Notes: a model not told the origin generated them from the letters alone. DNA of 11,323 bases from Thermoplasmata archaeon (GCA_034667685.1 JAXDQU010000005.1:1-11323), one strand, 5' to 3'. Shown: positions 1 to 7,409, counted from the stretch's first letter. Numbers and translations: made by a program.

Positions 1-85
1 CTTCCCTTCGTCATCGCCCGCAGCAGATCTGAAGAGAGCTTTCAAGGCGACCGAGGGCTTGGCCGAAGGCGGAGGCTCCCCCACC

Positions 86-1828
86 GTGCGTCTCGTCCTG
101 GCCCTGAGCGCGCTCCTGATCGCCACCGCCCTCGCCCCGCTGCTGGGCGGCGCGTCGTCCCCCGCGACGCCCACGCCGGCGTTCGCCAACTACCCCGCCA
201 CGGATGGGCTGGGCACCTCGGGCGGCGAGCCCACGGTCGGCATCGACCCGCGCACCGGCGATGCGCTCGTGCAGGCCACCTCGCAGACGCTCCGCGTGCG
301 CTTCGACGACGCGACGAGCCCCGCGGGCGCCACGTGGAGCGACGTGACCGACCCGCTCGCGCCGGCGACCAACCTCGACCCCGACCTCTTCACCGACGCC
401 GCGACCGGCCGCACGTGGGCCGGCGGCCTCTTGGGCGAGTGCAGCGCGATGGGATACACGGACGATGGCGGCGCCACCTGGACCCACATGGTCAACCCGT
501 GCGCGCCCCCCGGCACCGACCACGAGACCGTCGCCAGCGGCCCGTGGTCCGGCGGCCAGCCGCTGGGCGCCACCTATCCGCGCGCGGTCTACTACTGCGT
601 CCACGAGGCGGAGGAGATGTGCGCGACGAGCTGGGACGGCGGCCTGACGTTCCACCCAGCGGTGCCCATCGCTGTCATCGCCACGCCCTACGGCGCGGGC
701 TGCGGCGGCTACACGGGCAAGATGCGCGTGGCCTCCGACGGCGCGGCCTACATCACGTCGCGCGACTGCATCGATATCACCAACGCGGACGGCCAGGGCG
801 TCATCGTCTCGACGGACAACGGCCTCACCTGGACCGGGCACCTGCTCCCCGGCTCGCCGGGCCAGATCTCGCCTGCCTTCGAGCCCAGCGTGGGCACGAC
901 GCCCTCGGGCTGGGTCTACGCGGCGTGGACCGACGTGGACAACCACGTCTACGCGTCGCTCTCCAAGGACCACGGCGCGACGTGGAGCCCGGCCTCCGAC
1001 CTCGCGCTGCCCGCGGGCCTCATCTCGACGACGTTCAGCGCGGTCACGGCGGGCGACGACGAGCGCGCGGCCGTCGCGTTCCTGGGCACCACCGACGCGG
1101 GCAATGCGTTCGACCCGAGCTTCCCCGGCACGTGGGACCTCTACGTCGCCTACACCTACGACGCGGGCGCCCACTGGCAGACGGTCAAGGCCACGAGCGA
1201 TCCGGTCCAGCGCGGCTGGGTCTGCACGGGCGGCGCGACGTCCTCCTCGTGCACGACGGGCGAGGGGCGCAACCTGCTCGACTTCATCACCGCAATGACC
1301 GACGCCAAGGGGCGCGTCGTCGTGGCGTACGCGGACGGCTGCGTCGCCGGCTGCGCCGTCAGCGGCGCGGCGGCCGACTCGACCAGCGCGCTCGTCACGC
1401 TCGCCCGCCAGACCTGCGGCCCGTCGCTCTTCGCCGCGCAGGGCGAGGTCGAGGGCTCGGGCGCGTGCCCGACCGGCGCGCCGCCTGCGCCCACGCCCCC
1501 CTGGGTCCAGACGAAGCGCTACACGAGCCCCGTGGCGGACGCGGACTTCGGCGGCCCGGCCTTCGCGGTCCCGCCCGGATCCACCAGCGTCCACCTCGCG
1601 GCCGTGGACGACGTCGACCCGCACGTGGGCGGCGAGTGGTGCATCGACAGCTGCTCGGGGACCATCGGGTTCTTCTGCGACGGCATCGACGTCGCGCTGC
1701 CCGCGGGCGCCTCGACGGTCATCGTCTCGCCCAACACGCTGGGCGTCATCGGGCCCTTCGAGTGCGGCCTGGGGGCGCAGCCGGGCGGCGTCGCGACCAC
1801 GGGCACGGTGACGGCGACGTTCACCTAG
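86..1828 (+). CDS. Secreted BNR/Asp-box beta-propeller (sialidase-like fold) protein with a Pro-rich linker and a Cys-containing C-terminal beta domain
   Basis: Signal-peptide-like N-terminus (VRLVLALSALLIATALAPLLGGASS). Five Asp-box motifs: YTDDGGATW, SWDGGLTF, STDNGLTW, SKDHGATW, TYDAGAHW. Linker GAPPAPTPP. Start moved from the TTG at 59 to the GTG at 86, which has GGAGG at 71-75. Confidence 0.8.
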   Translation: MRLVLALSALLIATALAPLLGGASSPATPTPAFANYPATDGLGTSGGEPTVGIDPRTGDALVQATSQTLRVRFDDATSPAGATWSDVTDPLAPATNLDPDLFTDAATGRTWAGGLLGECSAMGYTDDGGATWTHMVNPCAPPGTDHETVASGPWSGGQPLGATYPRAVYYCVHEAEEMCATSWDGGLTFHPAVPIAVIATPYGAGCGGYTGKMRVASDGAAYITSRDCIDITNADGQGVIVSTDNGLTWTGHLLPGSPGQISPAFEPSVGTTPSGWVYAAWTDVDNHVYASLSKDHGATWSPASDLALPAGLISTTFSAVTAGDDERAAVAFLGTTDAGNAFDPSFPGTWDLYVAYTYDAGAHWQTVKATSDPVQRGWVCTGGATSSSCTTGEGRNLLDFITAMTDAKGRVVVAYADGCVAGCAVSGAAADSTSALVTLARQTCGPSLFAAQGEVEGSGACPTGAPPAPTPPWVQTKRYTSPVADADFGGPAFAVPPGSTSVHLAAVDDVDPHVGGEWCIDSCSGTIGFFCDGIDVALPAGASTVIVSPNTLGVIGPFECGLGAQPGGVATTGTVTATFT

Positions 1829-1851
1829 TCGCATGACGAAGGCGGCAGCGC

Positions 1852-2400
1852 CTACTTTGCGCCGGCCAGGTGCGTGGGGAGCCCGTCCACGCTCGCGCGA
1901 TTGCCCTCCGGCGCGTACCAGCAGCCTTCGCCCAGCGTCGCGCGCTTGGCCGGGAGGATGTCGCGCTGGGCCTCGAGCCGCATCGCGGGCACGCCGTAGC
2001 CGCAGGAGGTCCCCACCCGCGAGAGGCGCACGAGCACGATCTGGCGCGCGCCGGGGAACGGGCCGAAGCGCGCGTACCATTCCGGCCAGCGCGCGTCGCC
2101 GGGCACGATCACCTCGCCGCGCCCGAAGAGGCGCACGACCTTGGGCGCCCCCTCGAAGGCGCAGAACATGAGCGTCACGCGGCCGTTCTCCAGGACGTGC
2201 GCGCTCGTCTCGTTGCCGCTCCCGCCCACGTCAAGGTAGCCCACGAGGTCGGGCGCGAAGACGCGGAACGTGCCCAGCCCCTTGGGCGAGAGGTTCACGT
2301 GCCCCTGCGGGGAGAGCGGCGCGCTGGCCACGAAGAACATGGGCTGGCGCTCCACGAAGGCGCGCGTCGCGTCGTCGAGGTCCGGGCGCGAGGTGGCCAT
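1852..2400 (-). CDS. Pyridoxamine 5'-phosphate oxidase-family FMN-binding split-barrel protein
   Basis: Family-typical motifs FVERQPMFFVASAP, HVNLSPKG, YLDVGGSGNETSAHVLENGRVTLMFCAFEG, and V-x-TSCGYGVP. Confidence 0.9.
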   Translation of the reverse strand: MATSRPDLDDATRAFVERQPMFFVASAPLSPQGHVNLSPKGLGTFRVFAPDLVGYLDVGGSGNETSAHVLENGRVTLMFCAFEGAPKVVRLFGRGEVIVPGDARWPEWYARFGPFPGARQIVLVRLSRVGTSCGYGVPAMRLEAQRDILPAKRATLGEGCWYAPEGNRASVDGLPTHLAGAK

Positions 2401-2495
2401 GCTTCGAGCTACGGCCGGCGGGGCTTGGATGTTCCGTCCTTACCGATTTCCAAATCCGAACCTTCTTGACCACCTCCAGGCTCCTCCCAGACCGG

Positions 2496-4838
2496 ATGGG
2501 AGCGAGCATCCTCCAGGATCTCGTGGTGGTGATGATCGTCGCCGCCGCGGTCACGATCCTCTTCTACCGCCTCAAGCAGCCCGTCGTGCTGGGCTACCTG
2601 CTGGGCGGCGTGCTCGTGGGCCCCAACACGCTGGGCCTGATCAAGGACGCCGAGTCCATCCACGGCCTCTCGGACCTGGGCATCATCTTCCTGATGTTCG
2701 CCGTCGGGCTGGAGTTCGACCTCAAGAAGCTCCGCAAGGTGGGCGCCTCCGCCGCCATCGCCGCGGCGCTCGAAGTCAGCGCGATGCTCGCCATCGGCTA
2801 CTACCTGGGCACGTTCGTGCTGGGCTGGAACCAGATGGACTCGATCTTCCTGGGCGCCGTCATGAGCATCAGTTCGACGACGATCATCGTGAAGATCCTC
2901 ACCGAGATGGGCAAGGTCAAGGAGGAGCACGCCGAGGTGGCGTTTGGCATCCTCATCATCGAGGACATCCTGGCCGTCGTCATCGTCGCGCTGCTCACCG
3001 CCATGGGCACGACGGGCACGTTCCAGGTCGACATCATCCCCTCCGTGATCGGCGGCGTGATCCTCTTCGTCTTCGTCTTCGTCGCGGTGGGCCTCGTGCT
3101 CGTGCCGCGCCTGATCGACGTCGTCTCCAAGTTCCACGTCGAGGAGGTGCTCGTCATCACCGTCGTGGGCCTCGCCTTCGGCGCCGCGCTCCTCGCGCAG
3201 AACGTCGGCTTCTCGCTGGCGCTCGGGGCGTTCCTCATCGGGGCCATCATCGCGGAGAGCAAGGCCGTCCGGCGCGTCGAGCACAAGATCGTCCCGATCC
3301 GCGACCTCTTCACCGCGATGTTCTTCGTCGCCGTGGGCATGCTGATCGACCCGCGCATGCTGCTCGCGTACTGGCAGCCCATCCTCGTGATCGCCGTGGC
3401 GACCGTCATCGGCAAGGTCGTCGCCGTCACCATCGCCACGTACCTCGTGGGCTACGACGGGCGCACCGCCGTGAAGACCGGCACCGCGCTGGGCCAGATC
3501 GGCGAGTTCAGCTTCATCATCGCGGGGCTCGGCGTGCTCTCGCTCCACGTCGTGCGCCCCGAGCTGTATCCGATCGCGATCGCCGTGTGCGCGCTGACCA
3601 CGCTCTGCACGCCGATCTTCGTGCGCGGCGGGCCCAAGGTCGCCGACGGCGGCGCCAACGCCTCGCCCCGCTGGTGGATCAAGCTCCTGACGTGGTACAC
3701 GCACGGCGTGCGCAAGATCACCAGCCGCCCGATCGACCCGCTCACCCGGCCCGACCACAAGCGGGCGCGCCACGGCACGCGGATGGTCATCTACGCCGCG
3801 TGGCTCTTCGGCCTGCTCATCATGGCGGCCTACGTCTCCGCGTGGGCCGGCGCCGAGGTGCAGGGCCGGCTGCCCGTGGGCGAGGACCTGACGCGCGCCG
3901 CGAGCATCGGCTTCCTGGGCCTCACGGGCCTTCCGCTCTTCGTCGCGTTCACGAAGGCCGCCGAGGCCTACATCTTCGCGGGCGCCAAGGCCCGCGCCAT
4001 GAACCCGAAGCACCTCTCCAAGCAGGACGCGCGCTACCGCCGCCCCAAGTTCATCGCGCGCACGTTCAGCGCCATCGCGAGCATCGTCCTCGTGGGCGCC
4101 GCCATCCGCATCGCCTGGGGCATCCACCCGCTCGCGATCCCGAACCTGTGGCTCCTGATCCCCATCCTCGTCGTGCTCACGGCGATCGGCGCCATCTTCT
4201 GGCACCCGCTGGAGCGGCTCTACCTGGGCATGGAGAAGACGCTCAACGAGCTGATGGGCCACGAGGCGGACCTGCACCCCGACGAGGAGCGCAACCTGCG
4301 CCTCAAGGAGCGCCTGCCCTGGGGCATGGACGTCGAGGAGGTCCACATCCGGCCGATCGACCGCGCCGCGTACATGAACCTCAAGGACCTCAACCTGCGC
4401 GACGTCAGCGGCGCCTCGATCCTGAGCATCGAGCGCGGCAGCAAGGTCATGCCCAACCCGCACCCCGACGTCGTGCTCCTGCCGCACGACCGCGTCATCC
4501 TCATCGGCAAGCGCGACCAGCTCACCCGCGCCGCGGGCTTTATGTCGGTCCTCTCGCCGCGCGCCGAGCCCGTCGTCGAGCAGGAGGTGCGCGTGCCCGC
4601 CTCCTCGCCCGCGATGGCGCAGCCGCTGGGCTCGCTCCAGATCGAGCAGACGGGCGCGAAGATGGGCCTGATCCGCAAGGCGGACGGCTCGTTCGTCGCG
4701 CCCAGCCCGCGCGTCACGCTGGAGCCCGACGACCACGTCACGCTCTACGGCAGCGAGGCGTCCATCGGCGCGGCGCGCGAGCGGCTCAAGCTGCGCACGA
4801 TGGGCGCGCACCCCAAGATGGGGCCGGGCGGACGCTGA
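2496..4838 (+). CDS. CPA2-family monovalent cation:proton antiporter (KefC/YbaL-like) with extra TM helices and two C-terminal RCK_C (TrkA-C)-like domains
   Basis: Motifs LKQPVVLGYLLGG, GIIFLMFAVGLEF, SISSTTIIVKIL, GILIIED, ALGAFLIG, FFVAVGM and QIGEFSFII. C-terminal LKDLNLRDVSGASILSIERG..NPHPDVVLLPHDRVILIG, then a second degenerate repeat (PSPRVTLEPDDHVTLYG). ATG 2496 preferred over TTG 2466. Confidence 0.92.
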   Translation: MGASILQDLVVVMIVAAAVTILFYRLKQPVVLGYLLGGVLVGPNTLGLIKDAESIHGLSDLGIIFLMFAVGLEFDLKKLRKVGASAAIAAALEVSAMLAIGYYLGTFVLGWNQMDSIFLGAVMSISSTTIIVKILTEMGKVKEEHAEVAFGILIIEDILAVVIVALLTAMGTTGTFQVDIIPSVIGGVILFVFVFVAVGLVLVPRLIDVVSKFHVEEVLVITVVGLAFGAALLAQNVGFSLALGAFLIGAIIAESKAVRRVEHKIVPIRDLFTAMFFVAVGMLIDPRMLLAYWQPILVIAVATVIGKVVAVTIATYLVGYDGRTAVKTGTALGQIGEFSFIIAGLGVLSLHVVRPELYPIAIAVCALTTLCTPIFVRGGPKVADGGANASPRWWIKLLTWYTHGVRKITSRPIDPLTRPDHKRARHGTRMVIYAAWLFGLLIMAAYVSAWAGAEVQGRLPVGEDLTRAASIGFLGLTGLPLFVAFTKAAEAYIFAGAKARAMNPKHLSKQDARYRRPKFIARTFSAIASIVLVGAAIRIAWGIHPLAIPNLWLLIPILVVLTAIGAIFWHPLERLYLGMEKTLNELMGHEADLHPDEERNLRLKERLPWGMDVEEVHIRPIDRAAYMNLKDLNLRDVSGASILSIERGSKVMPNPHPDVVLLPHDRVILIGKRDQLTRAAGFMSVLSPRAEPVVEQEVRVPASSPAMAQPLGSLQIEQTGAKMGLIRKADGSFVAPSPRVTLEPDDHVTLYGSEASIGAARERLKLRTMGAHPKMGPGGR

Positions 4839-4845
4839 CGCACGA

Positions 4846-5052
4846 CACACGAAGCCGAGGGCCGAAGCAGCCTTCCGCATGTGCCGTGAGCGCGCTCCGC
4901 GCGAAAAACAACTGAATCTCAGAATCACGGAATCTCAGCCCAGACTTTCGATCCGGAGATTCCGAGATGCGGAGATTCCGTCCTTCCCCGCCCGAGGCGG
5001 CGCAAGCCAACACGACGAGACGCCGGAGAATCCGGTCCGCGGCCTTCGTGTG
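4846..5052. repeat. ~207-bp intergenic element bounded by an imperfect inverted repeat, containing an octamer-repeat hairpin
   Basis: cacacgaagccgagggccg (4846-4864) versus the reverse complement of 5033-5052 (cacacgaaggccgcggaccg); the outer 9 bp are perfect. Small internal hairpins ccgcc-cga-ggcgg (4988-5000) and ccgga-gaa-tccgg (5023-5035). Confidence 0.5.
4912..4980. repeat. Inverted pair of octamer tandem arrays (consensus cgGAATCT and its complement)
   Basis: Left arm ctgaatct-cagaatca-cggaatct-cag (4912-4938); right arm cggagatt-ccgagatg-cggagatt-ccg (4954-4980). 22 of 27 positions pair Watson-Crick by hand count, with a 15-nt spacer. Confidence 0.8.
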
Positions 5053-5113
5053 CCCGGCCCCAACGACGAGCCAGCCAATCCCTTGATGGCGGCTGGATAC
5101 CGAAGCGCGGGCG

Positions 5114-5827
5114 ATGGGCGAAGCGGCGCACCACGGGGACCACGCCGCACCCGCGCCCGTGGCCCGCGTCGTGGCCGACGTGCGCGAGCCCGACGACCTC
5201 GTGGCGATGCTGCGCGCGCAGGACATCCACGTCGAGGTACGGGTCCTCGCCCCGGCGGACTTCATCGTGGGCGAGCTGGCGATCGAGCGCAAGAGCGTGG
5301 GCGACCTGCACGCGAGCCTCATCGACAAGCGCCTCTTCGAGCAGGTCGCGCGCATCAAGGACACGTACGGCCGGTGCGCGCTGCTCCTCGAGGGCGACCT
5401 CTCGTTCTTCTCGGAGCGCAAGCACCCGCGCGCCATCTGGGGCGCCCTGGCGAGCCTCGCGATCGGGTGGGGCGTGGCGGTGCTCCCCGTGCCCGACAAG
5501 GAGGGCAGCGCGCAGATGCTCGGCGTGCTCGCGAAGCGCGCCCTGCGCGAGCGCGGCGCGGCGCCCCCCGAGGTGCGCTTCCGCCCCCGCGCGACGACGC
5601 TGGGCGCCCGGCAGCGCTTCGCCGTGCAGGGGCTGCCCATGATCGGCGACGTCACGTCCGGCGCGATGCTGGAGCACTTCGGCAGCGTGCGCCGCGTCTT
5701 CGCCGCCGACGAGCGGGACCTGCTGCGCGTGCCGGGCGTGGGGAAAGGACGCGCGGCGGAGATCGCGCGCTTCCTCGACGCGGCGTACGAGGGGCGGCAG
5801 CGGCGGCTCAAGACCGACGACGCGTAG
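5114..5827 (+). CDS. XPF/Mus81-family ERCC4 structure-specific nuclease, short form (nuclease + tandem HhH, no helicase)
   Basis: VVADVRE, then ADFIVG..AIERKSVGDLHASLIDKRLFEQ (GDx..ERKx3D catalytic signature), and LLLEGD. HhH motifs LPMIG and VPGVGKGRA. Confidence 0.92.
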   Translation: MGEAAHHGDHAAPAPVARVVADVREPDDLVAMLRAQDIHVEVRVLAPADFIVGELAIERKSVGDLHASLIDKRLFEQVARIKDTYGRCALLLEGDLSFFSERKHPRAIWGALASLAIGWGVAVLPVPDKEGSAQMLGVLAKRALRERGAAPPEVRFRPRATTLGARQRFAVQGLPMIGDVTSGAMLEHFGSVRRVFAADERDLLRVPGVGKGRAAEIARFLDAAYEGRQRRLKTDDA

Positions 5828-6224
5828 CGCGGGCCCGCGGCTTCTTGGCGGGCTTGCGCGCCTTCACGACGATGCGGTCGCCCATGAGCCCCACCTCCAG
5901 CTCGGTGCCGGGCGCGATGCCCGCGCGGCGCGCCATCTCCTGGTCGAACGTCATGGCCGTGCTGTTGCCGAGCTTGATGGCTGCGCGCGAGGAACGGACC
6001 TGCGGGCCGTAGAGCCCCAGCCGCTCGGCCATCCGCTGCGCGGCCGCGACCTGCTCCGCGTGGAACATCTCCTCGCCGCACTCGGGGCAGCGGAAGCCTT
6101 CGGCCGGAAGCTCGCCTTCCGGGAACTGCAGCATCACGATGGCCGGCTCGGTGAGCGGGGGATTTGGTCCCTCGTGGTTCCAGCACGGGATCCTACGCGG
6201 TGGTTCGGCTGACCCCGATGACAT
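5808..6224 (-). CDS. Putative antitoxin: MqsA/YgiT-like zinc ribbon fused to an AbrB/MazE-type DNA-binding domain
   Basis: CWNH...GFRCPECGEEMF (Zn ribbon), followed by IKLGNSTAMTFDQEMARRAGIAPGTELEVGLMGDRIVV (swapped-hairpin AbrB/MazE signature). GGAG lies 10 nt upstream of ATG 6224 but only 1 nt from ATG 6233. Confidence 0.75.
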   Translation of the reverse strand: MSSGSAEPPRRIPCWNHEGPNPPLTEPAIVMLQFPEGELPAEGFRCPECGEEMFHAEQVAAAQRMAERLGLYGPQVRSSRAAIKLGNSTAMTFDQEMARRAGIAPGTELEVGLMGDRIVVKARKPAKKPRARATRRRS

Positions 6225-6444
6225 AGTAGCCATACTCCTTGTGGACGATGCGGACGATGACGACCTTCCGACCGCGCCGCGAACGGATCTCGGACTTCTC
6301 CCCGATGGCCGGATCGGGCGCCTCTGCTTCGAGCGCGTGCAGGACGTCCATGTCGCTCAGCTTCGGCCGCTCCTGATCCATTCCGTCGACGGCGTGGGCC
6401 GTGAACTCCAGGGGCTTCCCCGGAAGGTCAGCACGCGGCGCCAC
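6193..6444 (-). CDS. Putative toxin, DUF4258-like (RelE/BrnT-like fold) small protein
   Basis: 83 aa. LEFTAHAVDGMDQERPKLSDMDVLHALE resembles the DUF4258 pattern F-[ST]-x-HA-xx-RM-x-ER-x-I-xxx-[DE]V-xx-AL. C-terminal beta strands (KVVIVRIV, YYVIGV). Overlaps the downstream antitoxin-like gene. Confidence 0.6.
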   Translation of the reverse strand: MAPRADLPGKPLEFTAHAVDGMDQERPKLSDMDVLHALEAEAPDPAIGEKSEIRSRRGRKVVIVRIVHKEYGYYVIGVSRTTA

Positions 6445-6454
6445 CCCTGCGTGG

Positions 6455-6479
6455 GCAGTTTAATTGCATATAGCTTCGC
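6455..6479 (-). promoter_or_regulatory. BRE/TATA-like promoter of the TA pair with an overlapping imperfect palindrome (putative operator)
   Basis: Minus strand reads gcgaagcTATATGcaattaaactgc, with the TATA-like hexamer (6472-6467) 23-28 bp upstream of GTG 6444. Palindrome gcagtttaattgc at 6455-6467. A conspicuously AT-rich patch in otherwise GC-rich DNA. Confidence 0.6.
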
Positions 6480-6492
6480 CCGCGCGCGCGGA

Positions 6493-7218
6493 TCAGGCGT
6501 CCGTCGTCGGCACGCCGCTTCCCGCCGCCACGAGCGGAGGCGCGTCGCCCTCGCCCACGAGCCCCGCGTGGGTGATGCGAAACTCGGCGGTGAGGCCTTC
6601 CGCGACGCTGCGGTGCTTCAGGATCGTCGCGCGGCGGCGGCTCGGCCCGCTCTTGTCGAGGCGGATGACGGCTTTGCTCAGGTGGCGCACGATCTGGCCG
6701 CCCAGGGGCTCCAGCTCGTCGGTGTCCAGGTTCGTCGTGACCTGGTTGGTGATGACGACGGGGATGTCGCGCTTGCGGGCGACGCCGGCGAGCGTGTGGA
6801 GCTGCGCGGCCAGCGCGCGCCGGCCCCCGACGTCGTCGCCGGTGCCCAGCGCGATGCGGTAGTGCAGCGTCGCGCTGTCGAAGATGACGAGGCCGATCTC
6901 CGGCGCGCCGGCCGCGAGCCGCGCCACGCGCTCGACGATGGCCTCCTGCTCGCGCAGGCTGTAGGGCTCGAAGAAGAGGACGTTCTGCTTCACGCGGTCC
7001 GCGTGGTCGCCGCTCATCTGCGCGAGGCGCTCCAGGCTCACGCCCTCGGTGTCGATGTAGACGGTCTTGCGGCCGGCCAGCGCAGCGTTGCGCGCGAGCT
7101 GGAGGCACACGTTGGTCTTGCCCGCGCCCGCCTCGCCGAAGAACTCGGTGAGGGCGCCGCTCTCGACGCCGCCGTGCAGCAGCTCGTCGAGCGGCCCGCA
7201 CGCCAGAGGAAGACGCAT
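6493..7218 (-). CDS. radB: DNA repair and recombination protein RadB
   Basis: LDELLHGGVESG, Walker A GEAGAGKT, VYIDTEG, Walker B VIFDS, VVITNQV, and the RadB-specific KHR motif (ILKHRS). About 241 aa with no RadA N-terminal domain. Start at ATG 7218 with a TATA-like cttatg at 7251-7246. Confidence 0.95.
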   Translation of the reverse strand: MRLPLACGPLDELLHGGVESGALTEFFGEAGAGKTNVCLQLARNAALAGRKTVYIDTEGVSLERLAQMSGDHADRVKQNVLFFEPYSLREQEAIVERVARLAAGAPEIGLVIFDSATLHYRIALGTGDDVGGRRALAAQLHTLAGVARKRDIPVVITNQVTTNLDTDELEPLGGQIVRHLSKAVIRLDKSGPSRRRATILKHRSVAEGLTAEFRITHAGLVGEGDAPPLVAAGSGVPTTDA

Positions 7219-7331
7219 GGCAGATCGCCCAAAGGGAGTCCTGCCCATAAGGGTGTCCAAGAGGCCGCCAAGCATGCGGCCACGGTGGACGTTCCAGGCT
7301 TGAGTCTTATCCGGAAAACACTGCGCGTTTC

Positions 7332-7401
7332 GGGCTCGGGGCTCAGGACTCAAGGCTCCGGGCTCCGGAGCCCAGAGCCTTGAGTCCTGAGCCCCGAGCC
7401 C
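7332..7401. repeat. 70-bp near-perfect palindrome composed of heptamer tandem repeats
   Basis: gggct-cggggct-caggact-caaggct-ccgggct-cc | gg-agcccag-agccttg-agtcctg-agccccg-agccc. 34 of 35 pairs are complementary; the single mismatch is 7359/7374; there is no spacer. Confidence 0.95.
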
Positions 7402-7409
7402 CACGGAAG

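Noticed and set aside
1840-1853. Hairpin aggcg-gcag-cgcct between convergent genes as a terminator
   Set aside because: A 5-bp stem without a U-tract is expected by chance in GC-rich DNA, and archaeal termination does not generally depend on such hairpins.
11-2080. Long alternative-frame ORFs (e.g. 11..2080-, 334..1836+, 2270..4915+, 2409..4928-, 4786..6186-, 6139..7383+, 7418..8356-, 8490..10358+)
   Set aside because: Arg/Ala/Gly-rich shadow ORFs expected at high GC. They overlap recognisable genes and carry no family motifs.
4839-5113. Possible SRP RNA, RNase P RNA or tRNA in the large intergenic gap
   Set aside because: No SRP helix-8 motif, RNase P P4 motifs or tRNA T-loop/cloverleaf recognised by eye. 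An Rfam scan would be needed to exclude them fully.
6493-7218. RadA or KaiC-family assignment
   Set aside because: It lacks the RadA N-terminal domain and has the RadB-specific KHR motif.
7332-7401. CRISPR array
   Set aside because: Units are 7 bp with no unique spacers, and there are no cas genes in the window.
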